Virus record (IMG/VR): IMGVR_UViG_3300027927_000003 | Location: 1-64,000 of that record | DNA length: 64,000 bases | Source of the DNA: a virus | Strand: one strand, 5' to 3' | Part shown: piece by piece, positions 41,701-49,789 of the stretch | Numbering within the stretch: position 1 is the stretch's first letter | How the letters are laid out: the number at the start of each line of letters is the position of its first letter | The notes under the pieces: generated by a model | Seen by the model: the letters and a program-made list of their open reading frames with translations, nothing else | Databases searched by the model: none | What the model was told of the DNA's origin: nothing | Program-made: the position numbers and the translations under genes

Positions 41701-42270
41701 CAGAGCGCATTGCAGGCAGTTGGTAACGACGCTCCACTGGAAGAGAAGTTGAAGAAGATCGGTCCTGACGGGATGGGCTTCGACACCAGCAACGCTGGCG
41801 TGGTTGAGCTCGTGGAGAAGCCTGACATCTTCGACCGGGTGGTTGAGGATGTTCACCGGATGCGGGCGCTGAACCTGAACCGCAAGGTCTCTGAGGCTGG
41901 CGACATCCAGGTCTCTGTACGCACTGGTAGCGCACGAGAGGAAAGCAGGGAAGACCTCACCTTCGACCGCGATGAGCTGAAGCACCGAGCTGACATGATG
42001 CGAGCAGCGGCCAAGCGCGCTACTAGATCCAGCCGGGCGACTCTGGCTCGTAGGCTCGAAGACGACGCCAACACCATCGAGGGGCTGCTCTCTGAGGGCT
42101 CTGCCGCTGGCCCGAGTGATGTACGGATGGCGCTGGAGCAGACAGCACAGTCGTATGAGACTGCTCAGAAACTGGTCGAAGAGGTAGCGCGAGAGGCGAT
42201 GAGCAACACTCGCGGCCTGGAGCGAACTCGTCGGTACGAGGACGACAAGACGAAGAAGTACGGTGAGTAG
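38722..42270 (+). CDS. very large virion-module protein of unknown function (1182 aa)
   Basis: Uninterrupted high-GC3 ORF between the portal and MuF genes. No catalytic motif that I can assign. Confidence 0.85.
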   Translation: MVLTPIIKSDDPHFNHRAAQLAAEAVMKMDEDEARIFTSFVVSDVLEEDIEKNLRTLQRRLDTVVAKRIERVKKALISTTVSKGAADQEALAYAQALSALEEISKANPYDYGYRFDENDFRRDPKTGQFQTKIKHTQRRPISDRDARVVGIDQGAPGSEKRKIYNKLSREAKAQYQDEYRQISNFLGAVYQSTKNPGDTDVMVHVQGKDGSRRIVRPTGMKVELGQDYNPEQERIIGVAARPKGLNLGGASFGLTSALGAPQGRRSVEALNRAEDNFGTFSNDWTKPGDNNSNTRLYNRVAGGSKFVEQVAPYGSKLQIAGAFGRIVGEHGQEAEKVFGPATRKAGYRYRGTEKKPDTELLNSYRREVGIATRPDRLTDEDQKKIRSAQSQAELQERERKWREINEGQDTIPGRGKFTPLQEVTLSREEKGAIRTKIRDAYVKQKMEEAGPTETGIEAGRAVLLQHLQERMPDKDLYELHLDAGNTPPSEGFLIDRHGQIHAQAVGYGDDHYLPFNLKNLAALKGGEYIRTRSVGGPTSEDIYTGLMAGARRLTVTSRSGTFTINFEDDFRGGRRHNQKAHRMVRRYEQILDSVQSGSVERKDVNRDTKAMFRNEIERDYPALSDKAKREMLTTKIQEYKRDPIPTQDQEDALEQHIQAQTRGMPEPRARAIRQKILNDNANEREFFFHLNGVGYAAALEALREQFPYYITVEHVATVDPDRREFSRDKGYVEPGRNRPTQAKAGWHGTGTNKGEKVSASTVDYQNESGLYGVRTEAPKKVGEDEREAAAAKEKAAETKAENGEKDKEAATIAGRVQERKAAVKFKPEAMAIWKKISKETWGETPEQQQKVRANFPILFMDEKEAERSLEDPRVAKQLVDFVQTYRKELTTTGPQGQAAVLSYQDLTRFQAASGRIGRQPYDKATRFTSKEVPRFTETRSGARDAYKEDAPAEQVEKEAEVISEITKPTTTSKKLKEMSEAELLDELANLQNFQSALQAVGNDAPLEEKLKKIGPDGMGFDTSNAGVVELVEKPDIFDRVVEDVHRMRALNLNRKVSEAGDIQVSVRTGSAREESREDLTFDRDELKHRADMMRAAAKRATRSSRATLARRLEDDANTIEGLLSEGSAAGPSDVRMALEQTAQSYETAQKLVEEVAREAMSNTRGLERTRRYEDDKTKKYGE

Positions 42271-44597
42271 TGAGCGCACTCCCAGCAGAGGCACCGTCCC
42301 CTCCATGGGTTGAACTCCATGTTCGCCAGCCGCTCTCCCCACAGGAGCGGCTGGCGCTCGCTGCTCGAAACTCCTCAGCAGATCCGATCCTGGCCTGGAC
42401 TACCTCGCTGCTTGCCGTGCGAGAGGAGATCATTCCTCGGATCCGCAAGGAACTGGTAGACGTAGCTCTGCTGGATGAGACGGTGATCCGGCAGGCGCTG
42501 GATATCGCGTGGACAGCAGCGTTTCCGTCTATGCATCGAGCGACAGGGCCGATGATCGCAGAGGCGTACATCCGTGCCTTTCGTCAGGCCGAATCTGGTC
42601 AAGTGCCGATCCAGATGATCTACGCCCTGGCTGAAGAGCACGCTCGTCGGGTCGGCGGCTACTTTCACGAGACCTCATCGGATGCGCTGATCCAGGGCTT
42701 CAACACCTACGTGAACCGGCGTGTCCCACAACGGGCTGCGCTGGAACGGGTGCTTGATGCCTACGGTCTGACACCGCGACAGATGTCTGGACTGACCTCG
42801 GCCAAGCAGTTCGATGACAAGATCGAGTCCTCGCTTCCTCGTCGGATGAAGCAGAAGATGCTCTCCTACATCGGGAAGAGCATCCGTGATCGACTGAAGA
42901 TCTTTGCCAAGCAGGAGACGCACAACCTGGATGAGCAGGCCAAGCAGGTGGCTTGGATGTGGATGGTCCAGCACGGCAAGCTCCCTGAGACAGCGGTGAA
43001 GATGTGGCTCACCGCCAAGGATGAGAAGGTCTGTCCTGTCTGTGGCCCGCTGCATGGGATGAAGGTCGGGATCGGAGAGAAGTTCACCACCGACGACGGC
43101 AAGGAGTACTTCGTTCCCGGTGCTCACGTGAACTGCCGCTGCTCGGTGCGGCTGATGATCAACCCGTTCGAGTCGGTCAAGAAGGATCTGGAGGGACGGG
43201 AACTATTCGAGTTCAACCAGAAGCATCCGCGTGGTCAAGGTGGTCGGTTCGCTCGGAAGCCAGAGACCAAGACTGCTGACCCACGCAGGGTGGATCCCCG
43301 GGTAGAGCAGATGATCCGCGAGGCACAGAACCCTGGTCCTGAGCCTCAGCGACAACCACAGCGAGAGCCCACCGCTCCTGAACCGCTCCCGTACAAGGAG
43401 CCGGTGGCCCCTGCCCCTGGTCTGGAGGAGGCGCTGGCTGAGGAGCGGGAGCGGGCAGAAGCAGAGCGTCTACTGGCAGAGGCACAGCGCTACGAGAAGA
43501 AGCCACGAGCACTGGGACGACCACTCGGTCGTACTTTGGGTCGGCCTATCACTGGTCGTCCTGTCGGTCGGCCTATCGAGATCAAGAGCGAGGCTAGAGC
43601 GCTAGGCACGCCTGAGGGTGGTCGCGCTCTTAAGCCCAGCGTTCGTCCTGTGCCGGTAGAGGTCCAAGCGCGTGTTCGCGGTCTTCGGCCAGCAGAGGCA
43701 CGTCAGGTTGAGACTGCCCGCGCATATCTCGATGCTCGGAAGTTGTTTGCTCACTATCAGCAAGAGGCCGAACAGCGGATCGCTCGCAAGAGAAAGGTCC
43801 GCGAGGCAGAGCTGTACACGCCGGTCGCTCCGTTTGGACAGACCTCTTACTACATCGGTGACGACATCGTCATAAGCACGGCTCGGGACGAGGATGCCCC
43901 GATGGGCAAGGCTCAGTTCCGCGACACCCAGATGCACCCGCTGGACGAGGGAGAGCTGGCCCGACTGGTTCAGGAGAAGTACGAAGAAAACGTCAGCAAC
44001 CTCGTGGACGAGTTGATGTACGGCGAAGCGAACACCATCACCCGGCAGGATCCTGAAGTTCCTGGCCGGATGCTTCGGCATACTTTCACCGAGGAGGAGC
44101 TGGAGGGGATTCTCCAAGACGCTGGTATGTCGATGCTGCCTGGAGCGACACCAGGTGCCGCTGTAGAGATCGACTGGTACGACGAGAACAACGAGTTCGC
44201 TGAGATCAGCAACGCCTACTACCCAGATGAACTGGTGAAGAGCTTCTTCTCGATGGACATCGATAGTTTCGCTGTGAAGCTCTACGAGGCTGATGAGGGC
44301 TATGACACTGAAGACTTCGGGACGGAGTTCAACGGCAAGGCTTACACGATTGAAGGCCCCTTCCGGGTCGTCAGTGACTCCTATGAGAATACGTATGTTG
44401 CGCCGATGCGTCGGATCGTGGTTGAGCCCATCGTGGAGACCACGCTGCGTGAGACCACCGGCATCGAGCCTGAGGCTGAGGTCGTTGAGGACGAGGTGAT
44501 TCCCTGGCGCGAGGAGGACCGCAGAGCATCAGAGCGGAGAGCCTCAGAGGAGTGGGATCGCTACCGCAACAACAAACGTGACTGGCCCCATGCCTAG
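42270..44597 (+). CDS. MuF/SPP1 gp7-like head morphogenesis protein with long C-terminal extension
   Basis: KVCPVCGPLHGMKV ... GAHVNCRCSVRL is the Phage_Mu_F signature at about aa 250-295. About 480 further residues include GRPLGRTLGRPITGRPVGRPI. Confidence 0.85.
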   Translation: MSALPAEAPSPPWVELHVRQPLSPQERLALAARNSSADPILAWTTSLLAVREEIIPRIRKELVDVALLDETVIRQALDIAWTAAFPSMHRATGPMIAEAYIRAFRQAESGQVPIQMIYALAEEHARRVGGYFHETSSDALIQGFNTYVNRRVPQRAALERVLDAYGLTPRQMSGLTSAKQFDDKIESSLPRRMKQKMLSYIGKSIRDRLKIFAKQETHNLDEQAKQVAWMWMVQHGKLPETAVKMWLTAKDEKVCPVCGPLHGMKVGIGEKFTTDDGKEYFVPGAHVNCRCSVRLMINPFESVKKDLEGRELFEFNQKHPRGQGGRFARKPETKTADPRRVDPRVEQMIREAQNPGPEPQRQPQREPTAPEPLPYKEPVAPAPGLEEALAEERERAEAERLLAEAQRYEKKPRALGRPLGRTLGRPITGRPVGRPIEIKSEARALGTPEGGRALKPSVRPVPVEVQARVRGLRPAEARQVETARAYLDARKLFAHYQQEAEQRIARKRKVREAELYTPVAPFGQTSYYIGDDIVISTARDEDAPMGKAQFRDTQMHPLDEGELARLVQEKYEENVSNLVDELMYGEANTITRQDPEVPGRMLRHTFTEEELEGILQDAGMSMLPGATPGAAVEIDWYDENNEFAEISNAYYPDELVKSFFSMDIDSFAVKLYEADEGYDTEDFGTEFNGKAYTIEGPFRVVSDSYENTYVAPMRRIVVEPIVETTLRETTGIEPEAEVVEDEVIPWREEDRRASERRASEEWDRYRNNKRDWPHA

Positions 44598-44619
44598 CCA
44601 GAGATAGGAACATAGATAC

Positions 44620-45657
44620 ATGAGCAGGGTTGCGAAGCGGCTTTACGCCACAGACGAGACGTTCCGTGAGGTTGCCGACCTGCTTTTCGGTGGAGGAGCT
44701 GACGAGCTGGTCTCCAAGCTCTCCCCCAAGAAGGAGGAAGCAAAGCGTCAGAAGCGACAGGCTCAGGTCGGGCTCGCTTCTAACGTCGTAGGGATCACCG
44801 CTGGTACGGCGGGGCTCTCTGCTGCCCTGAAGGACGAGCGACTGAACCAGGGCGGCAAAGTCGGTCAGAAGCTCTACCGGATCGGCACCGGTATGGAGAA
44901 CGCAGCCAACAAGACCAAGATCGGTGGCAAGTACTACAAGTGGGTGGCCAAGCCTGGTGTCGCACCCAAGCTTGCCGCTGGTGCTGTCGGCCTCCAGACT
45001 GCGAACCTCGCTGGCGATGCGGTTGCCAACCGGGTGCTGTCTCGGGAGTCGAAGAAGAAGGTCTCCAAGCGCGGTGGTCGGCTGGTGCCGATCTCCAAGG
45101 CTGAGCCTGGCTCCTCTGATGTCCACTCTCTGTCCGCTGGCAAGCTGAAGCGGATCGCTACCCAGAAGGTGCTCAACGAGACCCCTGAGGTCGGTGGCAA
45201 GGTCAAGCAGTTCGTCCGAGGCAAGAAGAAGGCTGAGGTCACCAAGTCGATCACCTGGGAGGGCGAGATCTCCAAGGTGGACGCCGACAAGCGTCAGGTG
45301 TTCGGCTGGGCCTCCATCGTGGAGATGAACGGTCAACCTGTAGTTGACCTTCAAGGTGACTACATCGATATCGATGAGATCGAGAAGTCCGCATACGACT
45401 ACGTGGTGAAGTCTCGTAAGGGTGGCAACATGCACCTGCGCAACGGGACCGAGCCGGTACATGTCTCGGACATGATCGAGTCCTTCCTCGTCACTCCGGA
45501 GAAGAAGGAGAAGATGGGGCTGCCTGAGTCTGTACCTACTGGCTGGTGGGTCGGCTACCAGATCAACGACGACGAAGCCTGGAACCTGGTTAAGTCCGGT
45601 AAGCGGACTGGGTTCTCTATCCATGGTCGCGGGCAGCGGACCCCGACAGTCATCTAG
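44620..45657 (+). CDS. XkdF-like putative prohead protease with basic N-terminal extension
   Basis: The C-terminal domain ISKVDADKRQVFGWASIVEMNGQPVVDLQGDYIDIDEIEKSAYDYV ... MHL ... MIESF matches my memory of Peptidase_S78_2 (XkdF). The N-terminal ~215 aa are basic and Gly/Ala-rich. Confidence 0.75.
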   Translation: MSRVAKRLYATDETFREVADLLFGGGADELVSKLSPKKEEAKRQKRQAQVGLASNVVGITAGTAGLSAALKDERLNQGGKVGQKLYRIGTGMENAANKTKIGGKYYKWVAKPGVAPKLAAGAVGLQTANLAGDAVANRVLSRESKKKVSKRGGRLVPISKAEPGSSDVHSLSAGKLKRIATQKVLNETPEVGGKVKQFVRGKKKAEVTKSITWEGEISKVDADKRQVFGWASIVEMNGQPVVDLQGDYIDIDEIEKSAYDYVVKSRKGGNMHLRNGTEPVHVSDMIESFLVTPEKKEKMGLPESVPTGWWVGYQINDDEAWNLVKSGKRTGFSIHGRGQRTPTVI

Positions 45658-45666
45658 GAGAAGAAA

Positions 45667-46023
45667 ATGATTATCTCGGCTTTCGGGGTAGAGCACGGTG
45701 ACTTCATCAGCAAGGCTGATGAGCCGAAGTACAGCTCTGGTCGTCGCAACCTGGCCACCATCTACGGGCCTACTCACTCGATATACGCAGCGAAGAAGGG
45801 CAAGCGCGCTCGCTCCTACGGCAGATCGCTCGGTTACCAGACCGCAGGAGCTGGCGCTGGCGGCGCTCTCGGCGCTGGTATCGCTGCGGCTGCCACCCGT
45901 GGCAAGAGTGGCGGCGCCATGATGGGTGGCGGAATCGCTGGTGCTCTCGGTGGTGCCTACACCGGGAACAACCGAGCTTTCCACGCGAACAACAAGCGTG
46001 GTTACTACAAGCGCGAGGAGTGA
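45667..46023 (+). CDS. SAFG-leader protein 3: basic Gly-zipper protein (118 aa)
   Basis: MIISAFGVEHGDFISK. AGGAGAAG SD. GAGAGGALGAGIAAAA and GGAMMGGGIAGALGGAY. Confidence 0.75.
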   Translation: MIISAFGVEHGDFISKADEPKYSSGRRNLATIYGPTHSIYAAKKGKRARSYGRSLGYQTAGAGAGGALGAGIAAAATRGKSGGAMMGGGIAGALGGAYTGNNRAFHANNKRGYYKREE

Positions 46024-46025
46024 AC

Positions 46026-48509
46026 ATGCTTAGCGCGTTCGGTGTCGATCACCACTTCGAGGTCTCTAAGGCTGACGAGGTTAAGCGGCCTGAGGACAAC
46101 ACGAAGAGGAACGTCGCTATCGGCGCTGGCGCTGCTGGTGTTGGTGGAACGGCTGTCCTGGCTGGTACGAAGATGCCAGAGCACTCTCACTACTCCCGGA
46201 AGACTCGGAAGTACCTCAACTCGCTTCCTGCTGGGGTCCACGAAGTGGATACCAAGATCCTGGCCAAGAAGCCCAGGAAGCTTGGTGCTCGTAAGCAACA
46301 GGCTCCCTACGTGGCAGCGATGGCACAGGAGCGTCCCACGCCGTACTCACCTGTCCCGATCACTCGGTACAAGGACGGCATCATCCAGCGTGACAACGCG
46401 CACTCGGTGATGGCGAACAACATGAAGGGTCGCAAGACCACGATCAAGATCGAGGACGCGGATGGCTACCGCCCGTCTCGTCGTACTGGTGAAGAGCTGG
46501 TCCGTCGCGCTCAGAGCCGCTACCAGCAGAGCCGACTGAAGCGGCACACGAACCTCTCTGAGAAGAAGATCGAGGGGATCAGGGCTAAGTACAAGGACAA
46601 GTCGCGGATCGCCAACACCACCAAGCGACCGCATGGTGTGGTCGAGGAAGGCTTCAAGGTTGCTCAGAAGCCGTTCGGCGTCAAGCGAGCGCTGAGTTTC
46701 GCCAAGGCCGATGACCGGAATCGTCAGCGTGCTGCTGGTGCTGCTGCGGTTACCGGTACCGGTGTACTGGCGTCCACACCAGTACGACGGTCTGCTGCCA
46801 AGGTGGACATCAACAACGGTCAGATCAAGTCCTCAGACGCCAAGAAGATCGTCAGTCCTGGCTACCGACCTGGGAACAAGCGAGCCATCCAGGTGATGGC
46901 TCGGAACCTGGGTCATCTGGAGAACAGTCCTTCCACCGTGATCCGGTACAAGGACGGTTCCGTCATCCCTTTTGACGGTAACCACCGAGCCACTGCTCGT
47001 GTCGCTCGGGGCGACAAGAGTGTTCCGGTGAAGGTGGTTGAAGGTGGCGAGCGCCCTGCTATCAGCGCTGCTCGAAACGCATATCACGTTGCTGGGCAGC
47101 GGCTCCATCGAGCGCGGATGAACCGTGATGCTTTCAAGCCGACTGCTCGTACTGGTAAGCACGCTGGTGAGTCCAAGGTCTACTCGCGTGTAGCGAATGC
47201 CTCGCCGCTGCGCTCTGGAAGTCGAGTCGATATCGGATCGACCAAGCTGGCATCTGGTCCGACCAAGACCATGTTGCGTGGGAGGCAGGCAGCGACTGTC
47301 GGCACCGGTGTCGCGCTGCTCGGTACTGCTCAGCATCTCAGCTCGAAGAAGGAGAAGGTCGGTAAGTCTGCCAAGCCGCTGTCTCCAACTGAGATCAAGG
47401 ACAAGAAGCGCAAGCAGTCACGGATCAGCCAGGCTACTGGTGCTCTTGGTCTGGCTGCTCTAGGTGGAACTGCGCTGTCTACCCGTGGTGGACAGAAGGC
47501 ACTGGCTACTGGGTTCAAGCGGATCAATAAGCCGGTGCCCAAGAGTTTGCAGGCTCCAAAGCGTGAGAAGGGGATCAGCTCAACGGTCACGCCGTTGCTG
47601 GCTACCTCTGCTGGTCTTGGTGCTCTGGGTTCGTTCAACTTCGCCTCGTACACCCGGGCCGAAGCAGATAAGGGGAAGAGAGTGAAGAAGAACAACTACG
47701 GTGGCTACGACCACGGCAACGTCTTCGGCTCAACCACGATCTCCAAGGCTATGGAGGAGGAGATCGAGAAGTTCAAGGTTCCTGGCTCGGTGCTGAAGCC
47801 GCTCAACGCAGCCAAGCCGAAGGTGATGGGTGCGAAGAACAAGGCTCAGGCCATGGGCTCTGGTGCCAAGCACGGCTTCAAGGTTGGCCCGAGCGCGGCG
47901 ATCCCGGCTCCGATGAGCCAGTCCTTCCAGCGTGGTGCCCGAATGGGGCAGCAGGCCAACAAGGGTCTGACCTCTGCGAAGACCTTCGCCAGCCAGAACA
48001 AGGCTGCCATCGGTGCTGGTGCTACCGCTGGTGTCGCCGGTGGTCTGGTCGGTAGCCAGATGAACAAGCCGAAGCCTGGCACGATTGTCCGCAAGGAGTA
48101 CGACCCTGAGGGCAAGCGGATGAAGCGTGCTGACAACTACGAGCGGGCTGGGTACGTCGGTGCTGGTCTGCTCGGAGCTGGCGCTACTCACCAGGGTGCA
48201 AAGGCACGTAGGAACTACAAGAGCGCCAAGCCGATCAAGGCTGTGGGGATCTCCAATCTCGAACTCGGTACCAACAAGTCCAAGAAGGCTGCCGCTGAAG
48301 AGGCGTTCGATGTCTTCAAGCCTTCGGAACTGAAGCGTGCCAAGGTCGCTGGCAGGAAGGCTGCTATCCCTGCTGCGCTGATGGGCACTTCTGCTGTTGG
48401 TGCTGCATACGGGGCGAAGAAGATCGGAGACAAGAAGAAGGAAGGCGGGTCTTGGTCTCCATATGTCGCCAAGTCCGCAAGCTCTGCTTTCGGCATTGTT
48501 CATGACTGA
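46026..48509 (+). CDS. SAFG-leader protein 4: 827-aa basic multi-repeat protein (alternative GTG start 46020)
   Basis: Starts MLSAFGVDHHFEVSK and ends ...SSAFGIVHD. At least 8 Gly/Ala hydrophobic segments separated by Lys/Arg-rich linkers. Two RYKDG ... D(G/N)xH repeats. Confidence 0.8.
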   Translation: MLSAFGVDHHFEVSKADEVKRPEDNTKRNVAIGAGAAGVGGTAVLAGTKMPEHSHYSRKTRKYLNSLPAGVHEVDTKILAKKPRKLGARKQQAPYVAAMAQERPTPYSPVPITRYKDGIIQRDNAHSVMANNMKGRKTTIKIEDADGYRPSRRTGEELVRRAQSRYQQSRLKRHTNLSEKKIEGIRAKYKDKSRIANTTKRPHGVVEEGFKVAQKPFGVKRALSFAKADDRNRQRAAGAAAVTGTGVLASTPVRRSAAKVDINNGQIKSSDAKKIVSPGYRPGNKRAIQVMARNLGHLENSPSTVIRYKDGSVIPFDGNHRATARVARGDKSVPVKVVEGGERPAISAARNAYHVAGQRLHRARMNRDAFKPTARTGKHAGESKVYSRVANASPLRSGSRVDIGSTKLASGPTKTMLRGRQAATVGTGVALLGTAQHLSSKKEKVGKSAKPLSPTEIKDKKRKQSRISQATGALGLAALGGTALSTRGGQKALATGFKRINKPVPKSLQAPKREKGISSTVTPLLATSAGLGALGSFNFASYTRAEADKGKRVKKNNYGGYDHGNVFGSTTISKAMEEEIEKFKVPGSVLKPLNAAKPKVMGAKNKAQAMGSGAKHGFKVGPSAAIPAPMSQSFQRGARMGQQANKGLTSAKTFASQNKAAIGAGATAGVAGGLVGSQMNKPKPGTIVRKEYDPEGKRMKRADNYERAGYVGAGLLGAGATHQGAKARRNYKSAKPIKAVGISNLELGTNKSKKAAAEEAFDVFKPSELKRAKVAGRKAAIPAALMGTSAVGAAYGAKKIGDKKKEGGSWSPYVAKSASSAFGIVHD

Positions 48510-48547
48510 CTTGCGCGTACCTAGAGACTAAGAGTGAGGTTTAGAGA

Positions 48548-49345
48548 ATGGCACCCAGACCAGCACGCAAGCTGACCAACATGGAGATCGATGAGATCTC
48601 CCTGGTGGACAAGGGCGCAAACCAGCACGCGATGATCACCATCGCAAAGAGGGCTCCCGAGGAGGAAACGATGCCCGAGTTCTACAACGAGGATGGACAG
48701 CTCCTCGCGGAGGACGCTTCTCTCAACGACGGCGACATCATCTACGACGAGGACGGTAACGCTTACGAGTTCTCGCTCGACGCCGATGAAGAGGTTGCCG
48801 AGGAGCGTGAGCCCGAGCCTGTCGGCAAGTCCGCTTTCTTCAACACTCCCGCACCGCGCAGCAACTTCGCTGCTCAGGTGATGGAGGAGCTGTCGAAGGC
48901 ATACACCGATGACGACCGTGACGCGGTGATCGCCAAGGCTCTTGGCCGGGTCGAGGAGCTGGAGAACCAGTACTCCCAGGCCGAGCTGATCGCCAAGTCT
49001 GAGCGCGACCTTCGTCTCACCCGTGAGTACATCTCCAAGGCAGCCGAGTACAACGTGCCGGTTGACCCCGAGGAGCTTGGCCCGGTGCTCTACCGGATGG
49101 CCGAGACCATGGACTACGACGACTGCGCCGTGATCGCCAAGGCCCTCGAAGGCTCTGGCGCGATGATCATGGACGAGATCGGCTACATCGGTGGTGGCGA
49201 CAACAGCGATGTGATGAGCCAGGTTGAGCTTCACGCTCAGCAGGAGTTCGGTAAGAGCGTTGACGCAGAGAGCATCACCAAGGTGTTCGACATGTCTCCG
49301 CAGGCGTACGACGAATACCTCGCGTCACAGCGGGGCGGATACTGA
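48548..49345 (+). CDS. scaffolding protein (acidic, 265 aa)
   Basis: Lies between the protease and capsid genes. Acidic and helical. The N-terminal EIDEISLVDKGANQHA motif is recalled from protease/scaffold families. Confidence 0.7.
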   Translation: MAPRPARKLTNMEIDEISLVDKGANQHAMITIAKRAPEEETMPEFYNEDGQLLAEDASLNDGDIIYDEDGNAYEFSLDADEEVAEEREPEPVGKSAFFNTPAPRSNFAAQVMEELSKAYTDDDRDAVIAKALGRVEELENQYSQAELIAKSERDLRLTREYISKAAEYNVPVDPEELGPVLYRMAETMDYDDCAVIAKALEGSGAMIMDEIGYIGGGDNSDVMSQVELHAQQEFGKSVDAESITKVFDMSPQAYDEYLASQRGGY

Positions 49346-49366
49346 TAAGAAAGGTAGGGAACTGCT

Positions 49367-49774
49367 GTGGCGTACGAAGAGTCCATTCGGTCTATCACGC
49401 TCACGTCGGACAACACTCTCGCTGTCCGTACCGGCGTTAGCAACGCGCCTGGCTCCCCGGCTGACAACGCGGGCAACCAGTACCGCTTCGTTACGGTGAA
49501 GGGCGAGCACCTTGCTGGTCTCGCTGACGCCGACGACGTTGTCATCGGGGTTCTCCAGAACAAGCCACAGGTGCCGACTGAGGCGGCTACTGTGGCGATC
49601 CGTGGTGTCAGCAAGGTCCGCGTCGCTGGCGCGGTCTCGGCTGGTGCCAGTGTGGTGCCTGACGCCACTGGTAAGGCGGCTGCGGCTGGCGTCGGTGTTG
49701 ACGGCGTTGGTATCGCACTCGCGACGGCAACGGAGGCGGATGAACTCATCCCGGTCCTCCTTCGGCTGGGCTGA
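49367..49774 (+). CDS. head decoration/cement protein (DUF2190-like)
   Basis: 135 aa, Gly/Ala/Val-rich beta protein immediately upstream of the capsid gene. GTG start after AAGGTAGGGA. Confidence 0.65.
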   Translation: MAYEESIRSITLTSDNTLAVRTGVSNAPGSPADNAGNQYRFVTVKGEHLAGLADADDVVIGVLQNKPQVPTEAATVAIRGVSKVRVAGAVSAGASVVPDATGKAAAAGVGVDGVGIALATATEADELIPVLLRLG

Positions 49775-49789
49775 TAGGAGGATCGAGTA

